A stretch of DNA of 64,000 nucleotides from a virus, in IMG/VR virus record IMGVR_UViG_3300025759_000063, positions 48,202 to 112,201 of that record, one strand, 5' to 3'. The position numbers and the translations under genes are program-made. The notes under the pieces were generated by a model. It did no database searches and was not told the DNA's origin. It saw only the letters and a list, made by a program, of their open reading frames with translations. Below are positions 46,084 through 56,360 of the stretch, piece by piece; the first letter of the stretch is position 1, and every line of letters begins with the position of its first letter.

Positions 46084-48963
46084 TTATACTCTTGTTGGGA
46101 ATTTATTATAAACTAATGTATTATTTGCATAATTTGGTGTCACATTCAATCTTACATTTATTCCACTTAAATCAGCACTATATTCTACAAGATTTTCGGT
46201 ATCAGAAATTCCAGCATATTCTACGATAGAAACGCTGGTGGTTGCAGAACCAACCGATTGTAAAAGTAATATATCAGAAATTTGGAAACTCTCCACCAAA
46301 TTAGAAACAGTAAAACTAAATCCTGTTCCAACAACTTCACTAAACGATGAATAAAGATTATTATTGTTTACTGATAGAACTTCTCCAATTTGGAATCCAG
46401 ATCCCTGTTTCTGTATGTCTACATTTGTAACTATCCCATCAATGTAAACATTTGGATTTGCAGAAACATCATAACCTAATGTTACATAATCAGTTCCTGC
46501 AAAGTCCTTAGTAATTCTAAATGTATTGTTATCAATAGGATCAATATAATAATATGTTGTTCCTCCATATCCAGGACCAGGAAGAATATCATACTGAGAA
46601 TCATATCCAAGAACAGGAGTTAATACTGCTTCTGTAAATGGAGAAATTGTGGGACTATCTGTGGTTATTCCTGGAACTTCTGTATATCCCAATCCAGTAG
46701 TTGCCCTTACAGAATAAATTCCCAATCCAACTGTTGAAAATCCAACTGGTTGAACTAATCCAGGAGAATCAATAGAAACTGTTACTGGAATATCAGCAGA
46801 TGTATATCCATATCCTGGATTTGTTAAATTAATTCCAGTCAAAACAATATCATCAACTTGAGCAGTAGCATTAGTTCCTCCCCCACCACTTAAACTCACA
46901 CCTGGTTTTGATGTTTGGAAACCTGCTCCGGGTGAAATTACGTCAATGTTAGAAACAATCAGTTCCGTAATAGTGATAGCAGCACCAACTCCAGTTCCAT
47001 TAACTACTATTGTTGGTGGAGTTGTGTATCCAGTTCCGGGATTTATCACATTAACAGACAGAATTGTTCCACCTATAGATATAGATCCAACTGAAATGAG
47101 TGCATCATTCCCTATTCCATTTACACCATTGACAGTAAGTGTTACGGTATTATCATAACCTGATCCTCCTGTAATTAATATATTTGTATCAGATAATCCA
47201 AGACCAACTGAAACAACTGGGGATTCTGTTGGAGTTTGATTGTAAGATACTGTTGGTGGGGAAGTATAAGCAGATCCTACGCCAGTAATTGTGAATGTCG
47301 ATATGCCAAATCCAACAATTCCTTCTGCGGTTACTCCTGATCCTACTGGAGTATCGAAAGTTACTGTTGGAATGGTGTTTGTAGATATCCCTGAGGAATT
47401 AAGAATTACGTTAGTAACCTTCATGGAAACTTCTGTAACTAATGCAGTAGATCCAATTCCAACTCCAAGAACTGGATTGCCCGATATAATTGGGGAATCA
47501 ATAATTATATTTGGGATACTTGTGAATCCTGCTCCAGAATTTGCTACTTGTATCTCAGTTATTCTAGATTCTTCATAAGTATTTGGATTAAGGGTAGTAT
47601 CAAATGCCACAAGAGTTGCTGTAGGTATTCCTGCAATACTATCAGTAGTGGTAAAAATGCCACCAGTTAGTGTAGTGGAAGAAATTTGAGTTGATACTTT
47701 TGGACTTACAGTTATATTTGCTGTTGCTTGTTCTCCGGTTAATCCAGAAATTAGAGAAACATTTTGATAAGTTCCTGGAGAATAATTGGAACCTGATGTT
47801 AATCCGGAAATACTATAATTTGATAATCTTCCGGTTGTTGTAGTTTGTACTGAATATCTTGCACTTCTAAACTGACCACTGTCAAAAGAATCTAAAACTG
47901 CTGTTGAAGTTGAAGTTGTAGTCAAAATTCCAGGGAATGATGACATCACATCAACAATAATCTCCTCAGCTCTTATTGTTCCATTTACATCAAGAGCATA
48001 TTGTGGATTTGTTCCAATTCCAAGTTTTACTTTATCTGGATTGTAAATAAGAGAGTCTGAATCAACAAATAATTGAGAATATGAATTTGTATTTGATGAA
48101 AATCCTATGTAGAATGATCTATCTTCGGAAGATTCGGTAGTTTTTAAGGAATCTGATTTTTCCGCCGGAACTGCACTTGCAAGTGCAGCCCACTCTGGTG
48201 GTCTTCCATCTCCCTTTGAAATTAAAACATCATTATCATTTCCGGGTCTTCCTCTTCCATCATATACTAAACTAGACAGTCCTACAGGATTTGAAAATTC
48301 GAATGAATATTTGGGGGTTTGAGTTCCAATTCCAATATTTCCATTATAAGTTTTTAATACTGTTGCACCAGATCCAATGTTTAAATCAAGTGTATGTATA
48401 GTCGTAAATCCTACTTCACCATAAACATCCAGAATTTTTGTAGGAATAGTGGATCCAATACCTACTTTTCCATTTCTATATACAAATCCAGATGCACCAT
48501 CTTCCTTTCCAGTTGATGGGTTATTATATGCAACTTCATAAGCATCACCGATTCCTTGAACGTCGGTAATTTGAATTCTTACTGTTGCTACACCAGTTTG
48601 ATCTTCAAAATTTGGACCAACAAAGTCTACAGTAACTCCAGTTCCTACAAAATTAAATTTGTTGAAACTATTTGCAATTCCGACTTGAACGCTATTATTA
48701 AAAACTGTAAATGATCCGGGAGTTGTTCCAGGTGGTACAAGTGAGGTTGATGGAATCCAGTATCTTTCTCCAGTTTGTCCCCCAACATTAATAAGAACAT
48801 ATTGACTTCCTGGAGGAAATGGTTTTGCTCCAGTAGAAGATGGTCCAATTATGGGATCTCCTAAATCGGGTTCGGCCTGATCTAAACCCAAAAATTCGTA
48901 ACGATCAGAAGTAATTCCTGATTGTGGAGTCTTCTTAACTCTTCCGGATAGTAGTCTTGCCAT
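46084..48963 (-). CDS. Virion structural / tail-fibre-like protein
   Basis: GIGT motifs; repeated G.GYT..P.V Ig-like modules. Confidence 0.75.
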   Translation of the reverse strand: MARLLSGRVKKTPQSGITSDRYEFLGLDQAEPDLGDPIIGPSSTGAKPFPPGSQYVLINVGGQTGERYWIPSTSLVPPGTTPGSFTVFNNSVQVGIANSFNKFNFVGTGVTVDFVGPNFEDQTGVATVRIQITDVQGIGDAYEVAYNNPSTGKEDGASGFVYRNGKVGIGSTIPTKILDVYGEVGFTTIHTLDLNIGSGATVLKTYNGNIGIGTQTPKYSFEFSNPVGLSSLVYDGRGRPGNDNDVLISKGDGRPPEWAALASAVPAEKSDSLKTTESSEDRSFYIGFSSNTNSYSQLFVDSDSLIYNPDKVKLGIGTNPQYALDVNGTIRAEEIIVDVMSSFPGILTTTSTSTAVLDSFDSGQFRSARYSVQTTTTGRLSNYSISGLTSGSNYSPGTYQNVSLISGLTGEQATANITVSPKVSTQISSTTLTGGIFTTTDSIAGIPTATLVAFDTTLNPNTYEESRITEIQVANSGAGFTSIPNIIIDSPIISGNPVLGVGIGSTALVTEVSMKVTNVILNSSGISTNTIPTVTFDTPVGSGVTAEGIVGFGISTFTITGVGSAYTSPPTVSYNQTPTESPVVSVGLGLSDTNILITGGSGYDNTVTLTVNGVNGIGNDALISVGSISIGGTILSVNVINPGTGYTTPPTIVVNGTGVGAAITITELIVSNIDVISPGAGFQTSKPGVSLSGGGGTNATAQVDDIVLTGINLTNPGYGYTSADIPVTVSIDSPGLVQPVGFSTVGLGIYSVRATTGLGYTEVPGITTDSPTISPFTEAVLTPVLGYDSQYDILPGPGYGGTTYYYIDPIDNNTFRITKDFAGTDYVTLGYDVSANPNVYIDGIVTNVDIQKQGSGFQIGEVLSVNNNNLYSSFSEVVGTGFSFTVSNLVESFQISDILLLQSVGSATTSVSIVEYAGISDTENLVEYSADLSGINVRLNVTPNYANNTLVYNKFPTRV

Positions 48964-48967
48964 TTAC

Positions 48968-49318
48968 TTATTGTTTTGCGGTTTCAAGAATGCTTAATAC
49001 AATATTTAATTCATTATTGGCGCTTGCCTGGACTTTAATCACATCATTTGTTTCAAGCGCCAATCTTCCGTCTGGAACTAAATTTATACTATCATTTGGG
49101 GGGACAAATGAATTATTTGCAAATTTGTAGTCTGCTGGAATTTCTCCAGGACGAGAATGAATTGCTGTAATTTGAGAAGTTGTGTCTGATGTAAGGTTAG
49201 TAACCTGAGCCAAAATAACAATTGCAGCAACTCCAACAGGACAAGTATAAATTCCAACAGAACTTGTTGTTAGTTCTTTTCTGATTGTTTTAAAACTATT
49301 AAGTGCTACTGCTGCCAT
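48968..49318 (-). CDS. Small virion structural protein
   Basis: IYTCP...V.N...LALETND.I.V...L.IVLSILE pattern; similar to the C-terminal domains of 42179-46015. Confidence 0.7.
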   Translation of the reverse strand: MAAVALNSFKTIRKELTTSSVGIYTCPVGVAAIVILAQVTNLTSDTTSQITAIHSRPGEIPADYKFANNSFVPPNDSINLVPDGRLALETNDVIKVQASANNELNIVLSILETAKQ

Positions 49319-49319
49319 T

Positions 49320-52300
49320 TTAGTTACCTAATGCGATGATAAGTGGGGTTACGGTGTTTAACAAACTTTGACTAAATGATCTTCCAGAAATAGTTCCGGT
49401 TAATTGATTTACGACTACTCCATCACCAATTTTGAAATTACCTGCCTGATCGGTTGAAGTATATACAACTTCACCACCATTTAATTTAACAACTTCATTT
49501 TCTGGAACAACAACGCCACCAAGAGCAGGTTTTGCAGTATTAATATTATTTCCAGAACCAACCCATTCAAAGGAATGAGACGAAGTGATTTGGAGACTCA
49601 ATCTAGTAAAATAGACTGTGGTTCCAGTACTTACTGTATTATTTAGATTATTATTTAAAACTATCGTAGAATTTCCTTCGGATGGTAAAGAAGCACTTTC
49701 AATTGTGTAATAAATTGGATACAGTTTTAATCTTGCTGTTGCAGTTGTTCCTGCACCAGGAGAAGCAATTGATATTTGAGGAAGATCACTTAATCTATAT
49801 TGAGATCCACTGCTAAGAATATCAATACTAGAAACTCTTCCAAATTGATCTATATTTGAAGATGCTTCTGCTCTAATTCCATTTGGTCCAGTTGGAAAAT
49901 CAATTGCAACTCGGGGGGGTTGGGTATACCCAAAACCAGAATCAAGAATTTCTATACTTTCTACTTCATAAAAAAGTTCGCCAAAATAAATTGCTTGACC
50001 ATCATAAGGTCTCAAATTACCAACTCCAGAAACCTCAACAATTGATTGCTCTAATACTGCTTCTGTTCTTGCAACTCCCGTGTAGTGATAAATTGATTTT
50101 GTAGTTTCATCTCCAACACCATCAGAAACGAGTCCAAAAGTTCCAAAGGAAGAGTTGGAGTTTGTAATGTCGCATTGACCACCTGATGCAGTAAAGATTG
50201 CAGTCTGATCACAGATCGTAAATATAGAAACTAATTGTGAGTATGCTCCATTGGTAATTGAAACTCCAATACCACCTTGATTATATTGAGTGTAAGAGTC
50301 AACACTCATGGTTCCTGTAACACCAATGTCATCAAGTTTTCCTGGTTCTGCATCAAATCCATCAACTTTCATTCCAATTGATTTTGGAATAAAGTTTGTG
50401 CAGTTTCTAATATAAGGACCTTGTGTGATAGGACCAACACCAGGAGAATAAGGTGGGAACACAACTCCACCACCTTCATATGTGTGAGGAATTGTAGAAA
50501 CACCAGTGTTTACTACAAATGTAGTTCCAGATCCAATAACCTCATTGACTCTAAACTCAAATCCAAGATTACCAGTTGGATATAATGTTGTTGTTCCTGC
50601 ACCACTTGTGCATGAGAATTCTAAGTTTTGAAGTTTTACAAATTGACCGACTTTTACAATTGCTCCTGGAGCAGTTACTGTTGTAATCCCAGTTACATTA
50701 TCGTAAGAAGCAGTAGTAATTCCTATTGCACGATCTACGACAAAACCACCACCAACATAATTATGGGAAATTGTAGAAACTCCAGTATTGACTGTAAATG
50801 ATTGATCTGTTCCAACTCCAGTAACATCAAAAAGATATCCATATTTTCCTGAAGGGAATTTTTGAGTTCCTATACCTCCACCAGAATCGCACTCAAATGA
50901 TAGATTTCTAATTTCTACAATATCTCCAACTTTTACATTTAGATTTGGTGCAGTTATTCTTGTTTCTCCAGTTAGATTATCATAGGTTGCTGTGGTAACA
51001 CCAACTAATGTAGTATATCCAATTCCAGCATTTCCTGGATAAGTTGTTCTAATTCCAGAATTTGCTCCCAAAGCAAGAATGGTTGTAACAACTCCAACAC
51101 AAGATTTCAGTGCAGAAACAACATTGGCACATCCATTTACTGCATGATTAAATCCGGTGTCTGGATCTGGTTGTATTGCAATATCTTTAACTTGCGTAAA
51201 CTCATTTTGGAAGTTTACATATTTCTGAACTGTTCCGCTAGGACCATTATAAGTATGTGGAAGTGTTGATTGCCCTACAATTACACTGAAAGTGTTTGTA
51301 TCAATAACAGATTCTACATTAAATATATTTCCAAATTTACCACTAGGATATGTTACAATTCCTGGACCTGATGGACAAGTAAATTCCAATCCAGAAACTT
51401 TAACAGCATCTTTTTCTGATAATCCATGACCATTTGCAGTAATTGTAACAATTCCAGTTACATTATCATAAAGTGCTCCTGTAACCGCAGAAGCAACTCC
51501 TACTGACAGACCTCCCCATGTCGAATTATTAATAACTGCTCTTGCAACTTCAAAAGAATAATCAAGAGTTGAAATGGTTTGATCAACTTCTCCTGGATTT
51601 TTGAGAATTTGTGGTATCAAATTAAAGTCTGCATCAAAATAAGACTTGCCAGCACCTACACAACTAGAATTACCACCTCTGGTAATGTCATGAATTACGC
51701 ACTTCCAAATATCCTTAACGTCATCGGCACAGTCTGCACTCTCTAATGTAACGCCAAATCTAATGCTAGGAAGACCACTTGTATTTCCTGCTCCAATTGC
51801 AGAAGTGACAATTCCGACCAGTTGCTGTATTGTTGTACCTACTGCAACACAACCACCTGGAACTGCAATGACCGAAGGATTAAATGTTTGAGTAACAGAA
51901 CCAACGCCAGACTGATATGAAATTGGAGGTGCTACATTATCAATAACCGATTTTGCAATTCCTGCTGCATAATCTAAGGTAGAAATAGTTGCTGTTGATA
52001 CTCCTGGACCTGTAATGTGAACAAGAGCACCAGAATCATTAAAGTATGAAAGCGCTGCCCCAACTGACTTACGGTTGCTATTTGCCTTTAAGTCATAAGA
52101 AACTGAACGGAAAATATCTCTAACATCATCAGCACAATCCGCCGTTGTTCCGGGTCCAGGGACAACAAAGTTTAATCCTGTTGGTGAAGTCAAGAATCCA
52201 ACTGCTTCTGCTGCAATATAATCAATATTAGAATCAATCAGTCTTGCAGCATCTTGTTCTCTGTGATTTCCAGCAAAACCACTAAATCCACTTGTTAAGA

Positions 52301-54623
52301 ATCCTACTGACTCTTTTGCAATATAATCGAGATTAAAACGAATTAATCTTGCGGCGTCAAAATATCTATCTGCTGATACACCAAGAAGAGGTTGGAATGC
52401 AACAACCGCTGCACCATGGACCATATCCTCAGTATCAATAAAACTTAAATCAGTTACATGACAACTGTTGTTTACATGGAAAATATCTCTGTCTTTATAT
52501 CTTGGAGTTACAACACAGTTTCTAAGTTCTGTTCCTTCAACAGCAACTCTTGTTCCAAGAACAATTGGGTTATTCTCAACATAAACTCCTGGATAAACTT
52601 TAATTGTATCTCCTGGGAAAGCAACAGCAGCAGCTGCCTTGATAGTTCTCTTGGAATCACTTTCAGTCAAACCACTATTGGCATCATTTCCATTCTGAGT
52701 TACAAATATAGTTTTTCCAATTGGGAAATATGAGTCAATATTTATAAGACCCTTTCCTGGAAGTTCAGTGGCACTTAAATTTATACCCTTTCCAGCATTT
52801 ATTTGTGTTACAATACCAGTAAGATTTGCTCCATTTCCAAGATAAGTTAAAGCACTGACTGTGTTGGAAGTGATTGATTCTGCAACACCAATATTTTGTG
52901 CTGTCAGGAATCCTACCGTAGCAGTCTCAGCAACAGATACATTAGTTGCTGTAAGGAATCCAATGGTTGCAGTGTTTGCAACTGAAATATTTGGTGCTGT
53001 AAGGAATCCTACTGTGATTGTTCCCGAAACTCCAACATTTCCTAAAACATCTAATCTTTCAGTTGGAATTGTTGAACCAATACCAACATTGCCTGGATCT
53101 GGTATAAAGACAAATTCTGATTGAGCAATTCCCGTTTGTTGTCTTCCGAGACCTTGTACAATTGTTGGGTAATATGTGGTTGTTGTATTAATACTAACGA
53201 CGGTAGAGTCCTCTGAAGAAGACCAGTTTGGAGATAAACCTGGACCTCTGGAAACTAAAACTTCTCCACTTCTTCCTGAATAGAAATTTCTTTGTATTGT
53301 AAATTCACGACTTTGTGGAATTCCAATTCTGTTGTGATCGGGAGTAATACTAACACTATTAATTCCAATAGAAGTTATAACTGTTCCTGGAACAATGTCA
53401 ATTCCAGAAATAGAATCTAATATATTCAGTCCATCAGTGTTTATTCCACTAATATATTTTTGATATGCTGGTACTGAAATAACTACTATAGGATCTGTGT
53501 TTAATATTTCTCTTCCGGAAACAATTCCAGATCTTGTATCAACTATTCCATTAGTAACATAAAGAGGACCACCTAAAAGAGTTTCTCCTCTGACTTCTAA
53601 ATCATAATATGCTATTGTTGTTCCAATACCGACTTTACCTTTTTCTGGAGTTAGTAAAGTATCACCAGTATCTAAATTAACGACGAGTGCATTATAAGAA
53701 TCAGATTGAGAATCTCCGATAGATACTCCCTTTACAGCAAATGAATTAGAGTCTCCAAATGCACCAGATGTTCTTGTATCAATTCTAACTATGCCACCAA
53801 CTCTAGAAGTAGTTGCAATACCTACTTGCTCTCTGTTTATTCCTAAACTTATAAGTTCTCCGTCGTGTTCAGTGAAAAGTCCTGAATTTACATCACTTGC
53901 AAGTCCAGTAAACTGAATTCCAAAATCTGTGCTTGATAATTTATTTGGAATATCACCTATTAAAATATTACTATTTTCTGAAGTTAAAATATCAATATTT
54001 GCTTGTGGTTGCGTAGTTCCAAATCCAATACTATTTGATGTTGGAACATATGTTAAATTTGTTGAAAAGTTTATAAATGTACTTGCAACACCAGGAGTGA
54101 AGTTAATAAATTGTGTATTTGAAGAATTATTATCTAGAATAACGCCTAAAGTTGGATCTCCCCAAATTGCCGGTTGACCAAATCCGCCAGATACTAAAAC
54201 ATCTCCGGGATTACCTGAAAAACTGAATCTTGAAAATGTAAATGATGTAGTTGCAATACCTGATGTTTTTGTATGGTTTGGGGAAATTTCTAATGTACCT
54301 TGACCAATTGATAATATTTCCGTATCAATTGTTATAAAGTCTCCAGATACAATATCTCCCACTAAAATATTGCTTGTATCAATTCCAACAATTCTTGTTA
54401 AATCTGTCGAAGATACGATACCAACAGTAGAACCTACTGAAGTTTCTCCTTCTTTTAAGGGAAAATATAATTCTCCAGTAACTAGAACATTACCCTCTAC
54501 ATGAAGGTCTTTTTTTGGTGTTGAAGTCCCTATTCCAACCTTTCGAGTACTTCCATCTGCATAGACAAGATTATCTGATACATCAAGTCCGTTTCTGACA
54601 ATGAAATTCTTATTAGTTGCCAT
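49320..54623 (-). CDS. Large tail fibre / beta-helix virion protein
   Basis: FVTQNGNDANSG...KRTIKAAA...GDTIKVYPGVYVE..P beta-helix start; SPY/GPYIRNCT; YTSTDQAGNFKIG. Confidence 0.8.
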   Translation of the reverse strand: MATNKNFIVRNGLDVSDNLVYADGSTRKVGIGTSTPKKDLHVEGNVLVTGELYFPLKEGETSVGSTVGIVSSTDLTRIVGIDTSNILVGDIVSGDFITIDTEILSIGQGTLEISPNHTKTSGIATTSFTFSRFSFSGNPGDVLVSGGFGQPAIWGDPTLGVILDNNSSNTQFINFTPGVASTFINFSTNLTYVPTSNSIGFGTTQPQANIDILTSENSNILIGDIPNKLSSTDFGIQFTGLASDVNSGLFTEHDGELISLGINREQVGIATTSRVGGIVRIDTRTSGAFGDSNSFAVKGVSIGDSQSDSYNALVVNLDTGDTLLTPEKGKVGIGTTIAYYDLEVRGETLLGGPLYVTNGIVDTRSGIVSGREILNTDPIVVISVPAYQKYISGINTDGLNILDSISGIDIVPGTVITSIGINSVSITPDHNRIGIPQSREFTIQRNFYSGRSGEVLVSRGPGLSPNWSSSEDSTVVSINTTTTYYPTIVQGLGRQQTGIAQSEFVFIPDPGNVGIGSTIPTERLDVLGNVGVSGTITVGFLTAPNISVANTATIGFLTATNVSVAETATVGFLTAQNIGVAESITSNTVSALTYLGNGANLTGIVTQINAGKGINLSATELPGKGLINIDSYFPIGKTIFVTQNGNDANSGLTESDSKRTIKAAAAVAFPGDTIKVYPGVYVENNPIVLGTRVAVEGTELRNCVVTPRYKDRDIFHVNNSCHVTDLSFIDTEDMVHGAAVVAFQPLLGVSADRYFDAARLIRFNLDYIAKESVGFLTSGFSGFAGNHREQDAARLIDSNIDYIAAEAVGFLTSPTGLNFVVPGPGTTADCADDVRDIFRSVSYDLKANSNRKSVGAALSYFNDSGALVHITGPGVSTATISTLDYAAGIAKSVIDNVAPPISYQSGVGSVTQTFNPSVIAVPGGCVAVGTTIQQLVGIVTSAIGAGNTSGLPSIRFGVTLESADCADDVKDIWKCVIHDITRGGNSSCVGAGKSYFDADFNLIPQILKNPGEVDQTISTLDYSFEVARAVINNSTWGGLSVGVASAVTGALYDNVTGIVTITANGHGLSEKDAVKVSGLEFTCPSGPGIVTYPSGKFGNIFNVESVIDTNTFSVIVGQSTLPHTYNGPSGTVQKYVNFQNEFTQVKDIAIQPDPDTGFNHAVNGCANVVSALKSCVGVVTTILALGANSGIRTTYPGNAGIGYTTLVGVTTATYDNLTGETRITAPNLNVKVGDIVEIRNLSFECDSGGGIGTQKFPSGKYGYLFDVTGVGTDQSFTVNTGVSTISHNYVGGGFVVDRAIGITTASYDNVTGITTVTAPGAIVKVGQFVKLQNLEFSCTSGAGTTTLYPTGNLGFEFRVNEVIGSGTTFVVNTGVSTIPHTYEGGGVVFPPYSPGVGPITQGPYIRNCTNFIPKSIGMKVDGFDAEPGKLDDIGVTGTMSVDSYTQYNQGGIGVSITNGAYSQLVSIFTICDQTAIFTASGGQCDITNSNSSFGTFGLVSDGVGDETTKSIYHYTGVARTEAVLEQSIVEVSGVGNLRPYDGQAIYFGELFYEVESIEILDSGFGYTQPPRVAIDFPTGPNGIRAEASSNIDQFGRVSSIDILSSGSQYRLSDLPQISIASPGAGTTATARLKLYPIYYTIESASLPSEGNSTIVLNNNLNNTVSTGTTVYFTRLSLQITSSHSFEWVGSGNNINTAKPALGGVVVPENEVVKLNGGEVVYTSTDQAGNFKIGDGVVVNQLTGTISGRSFSQSLLNTVTPLIIALGN

Positions 54624-54670
54624 TTGTTCTACTCGAAAGGTTCACTATCCCCTTGTTATTTATTTATAAA

Positions 54671-56350
54671 TTATGGAGCTGCAGCAGCAACAGTAGTGAG
54701 TCTCCATTCAGTACTGGTATTACCAACTTTAATAGTGGCAAGATTTATAGTTAAGTTTTGAGTGCCAGTTTTAGTTCTTAATGAAATAAAGTCATCATTT
54801 CTAACTAAAATATTCGTTTTGTCAGCATCATAATTACTAAGTATTTCTCCGTTTCTATACACTTGGTATGCAGATTGTTGATTTAGTGCACTTGTTGTCA
54901 ATACTGCACTTGTTTGAAGTCCTACGTTCAATCCAGTAATTTTGAGTGCTTCTGTTGTGACTCCAACTAAAGCATCTCCTGTGAAGAATGTTGAATCTAA
55001 TGCAACATTGGCAATAGGTGTAAAAGCTACTCTTGTATTTGTAAAGTCCTCAAAAACTAAAAATGATGGAGTTAAATCTAGTGGTTCTGTTTCTACACTC
55101 CAAATTGAGGTAAATCCTGAAGGTGAAGGACCCAACCATCTATAACTAAATGGATAGTTTTCTAAAGTAATGTTTAGAGTATTTTCATATCCAACCGATG
55201 GAAGTCCTGTCGATTGTTTTCGTTCAACAAAATCTTCATTTTTTGCTGTAAGAGAAATTAAACTTCCATTTTCCCATATTGCATATGTACTTGATGCAAT
55301 ATCATTTGGATTATTAAAAGGATTATCAGGACTAATAGAGGCAGAACTAAATTCAGTTCCATCTATAATAATTCCACCATAATCTTCAAATGGAGTTGGA
55401 TTGCCATCAACCCAAGTATCAGCACCAAGTCTGTTTGTATATCCTCCAGGAATAAAGTATGAATTTTCTAATCCTCTAATTGAAATTTCATTTGATACAA
55501 TATCACCATCATTTTCATCAATACCTCTGTTTGGATCGCTGTAGTAATAAATTACATGGTTACTTACAGGATTAAATGCAAAAGTTACATCTGGTTCAAC
55601 ATCAGGCCATCTAACACTTACGTTCCAATCCGAGGAAAAACCTCCTATTGAAAGAGTTGAGTTAAATTCATATCCCCAAATAATCGGCCTATCTCCAGGT
55701 GAAGTAGTTACTGGTACAGGTAAAACTCTACCATCGGTTAGATAAACATTATTATTTGCAGAAATATCTTCTAAAATTTTTGATTTTTTATTTTGACTAA
55801 ATTTTGACAATATAGAATCAAAAGTTTCATCTAAAGAAAAGTCCAAAGAATCAAATTGATCTTCCTCTGGTATTGCCAATTTGATGACAAAGGTTCCACT
55901 TGGTTTTATTCTTGAATCATTTGCACTAAATCTATCTGCGATGGGTAAATCATCTGCAAAACTATAAAATGGAATACTTCCAAAATCATCAGCAAATGAT
56001 GCACTAAATCTATTATCATTAGCAAAAACTGAGGCAAATGTAGAATACTCTACAGTATATCCAATACCAGTTAGAGAATTTAGAAGATTTGTATCTGCAA
56101 TTTCAGTTCTTGATAATGCTAAAGTATCAGAATACCATCTTCTATTAATAGTTGTTGATAATTTAATTGGAACTGATGTTGTTAAACATTCAACTACTTG
56201 GAAAAATGTTCCACCAATTCCTGTAGAATAATATGTAGTATTTGGATTTATCTCTAATAAATCCAAAAAACTATATGGGCAAGGCCGAAATTCTGCATTG
56301 CTTCTATAGGCATATTCGGATATATTTCCTATTCCACCAAGAATTGGCAT
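54671..56350 (-). CDS. Putative virion structural protein
   Basis: Beta-rich ORF within the structural block. Confidence 0.6.
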   Translation of the reverse strand: MPILGGIGNISEYAYRSNAEFRPCPYSFLDLLEINPNTTYYSTGIGGTFFQVVECLTTSVPIKLSTTINRRWYSDTLALSRTEIADTNLLNSLTGIGYTVEYSTFASVFANDNRFSASFADDFGSIPFYSFADDLPIADRFSANDSRIKPSGTFVIKLAIPEEDQFDSLDFSLDETFDSILSKFSQNKKSKILEDISANNNVYLTDGRVLPVPVTTSPGDRPIIWGYEFNSTLSIGGFSSDWNVSVRWPDVEPDVTFAFNPVSNHVIYYYSDPNRGIDENDGDIVSNEISIRGLENSYFIPGGYTNRLGADTWVDGNPTPFEDYGGIIIDGTEFSSASISPDNPFNNPNDIASSTYAIWENGSLISLTAKNEDFVERKQSTGLPSVGYENTLNITLENYPFSYRWLGPSPSGFTSIWSVETEPLDLTPSFLVFEDFTNTRVAFTPIANVALDSTFFTGDALVGVTTEALKITGLNVGLQTSAVLTTSALNQQSAYQVYRNGEILSNYDADKTNILVRNDDFISLRTKTGTQNLTINLATIKVGNTSTEWRLTTVAAAAP

Positions 56351-56360
56351 TTTACTTTAC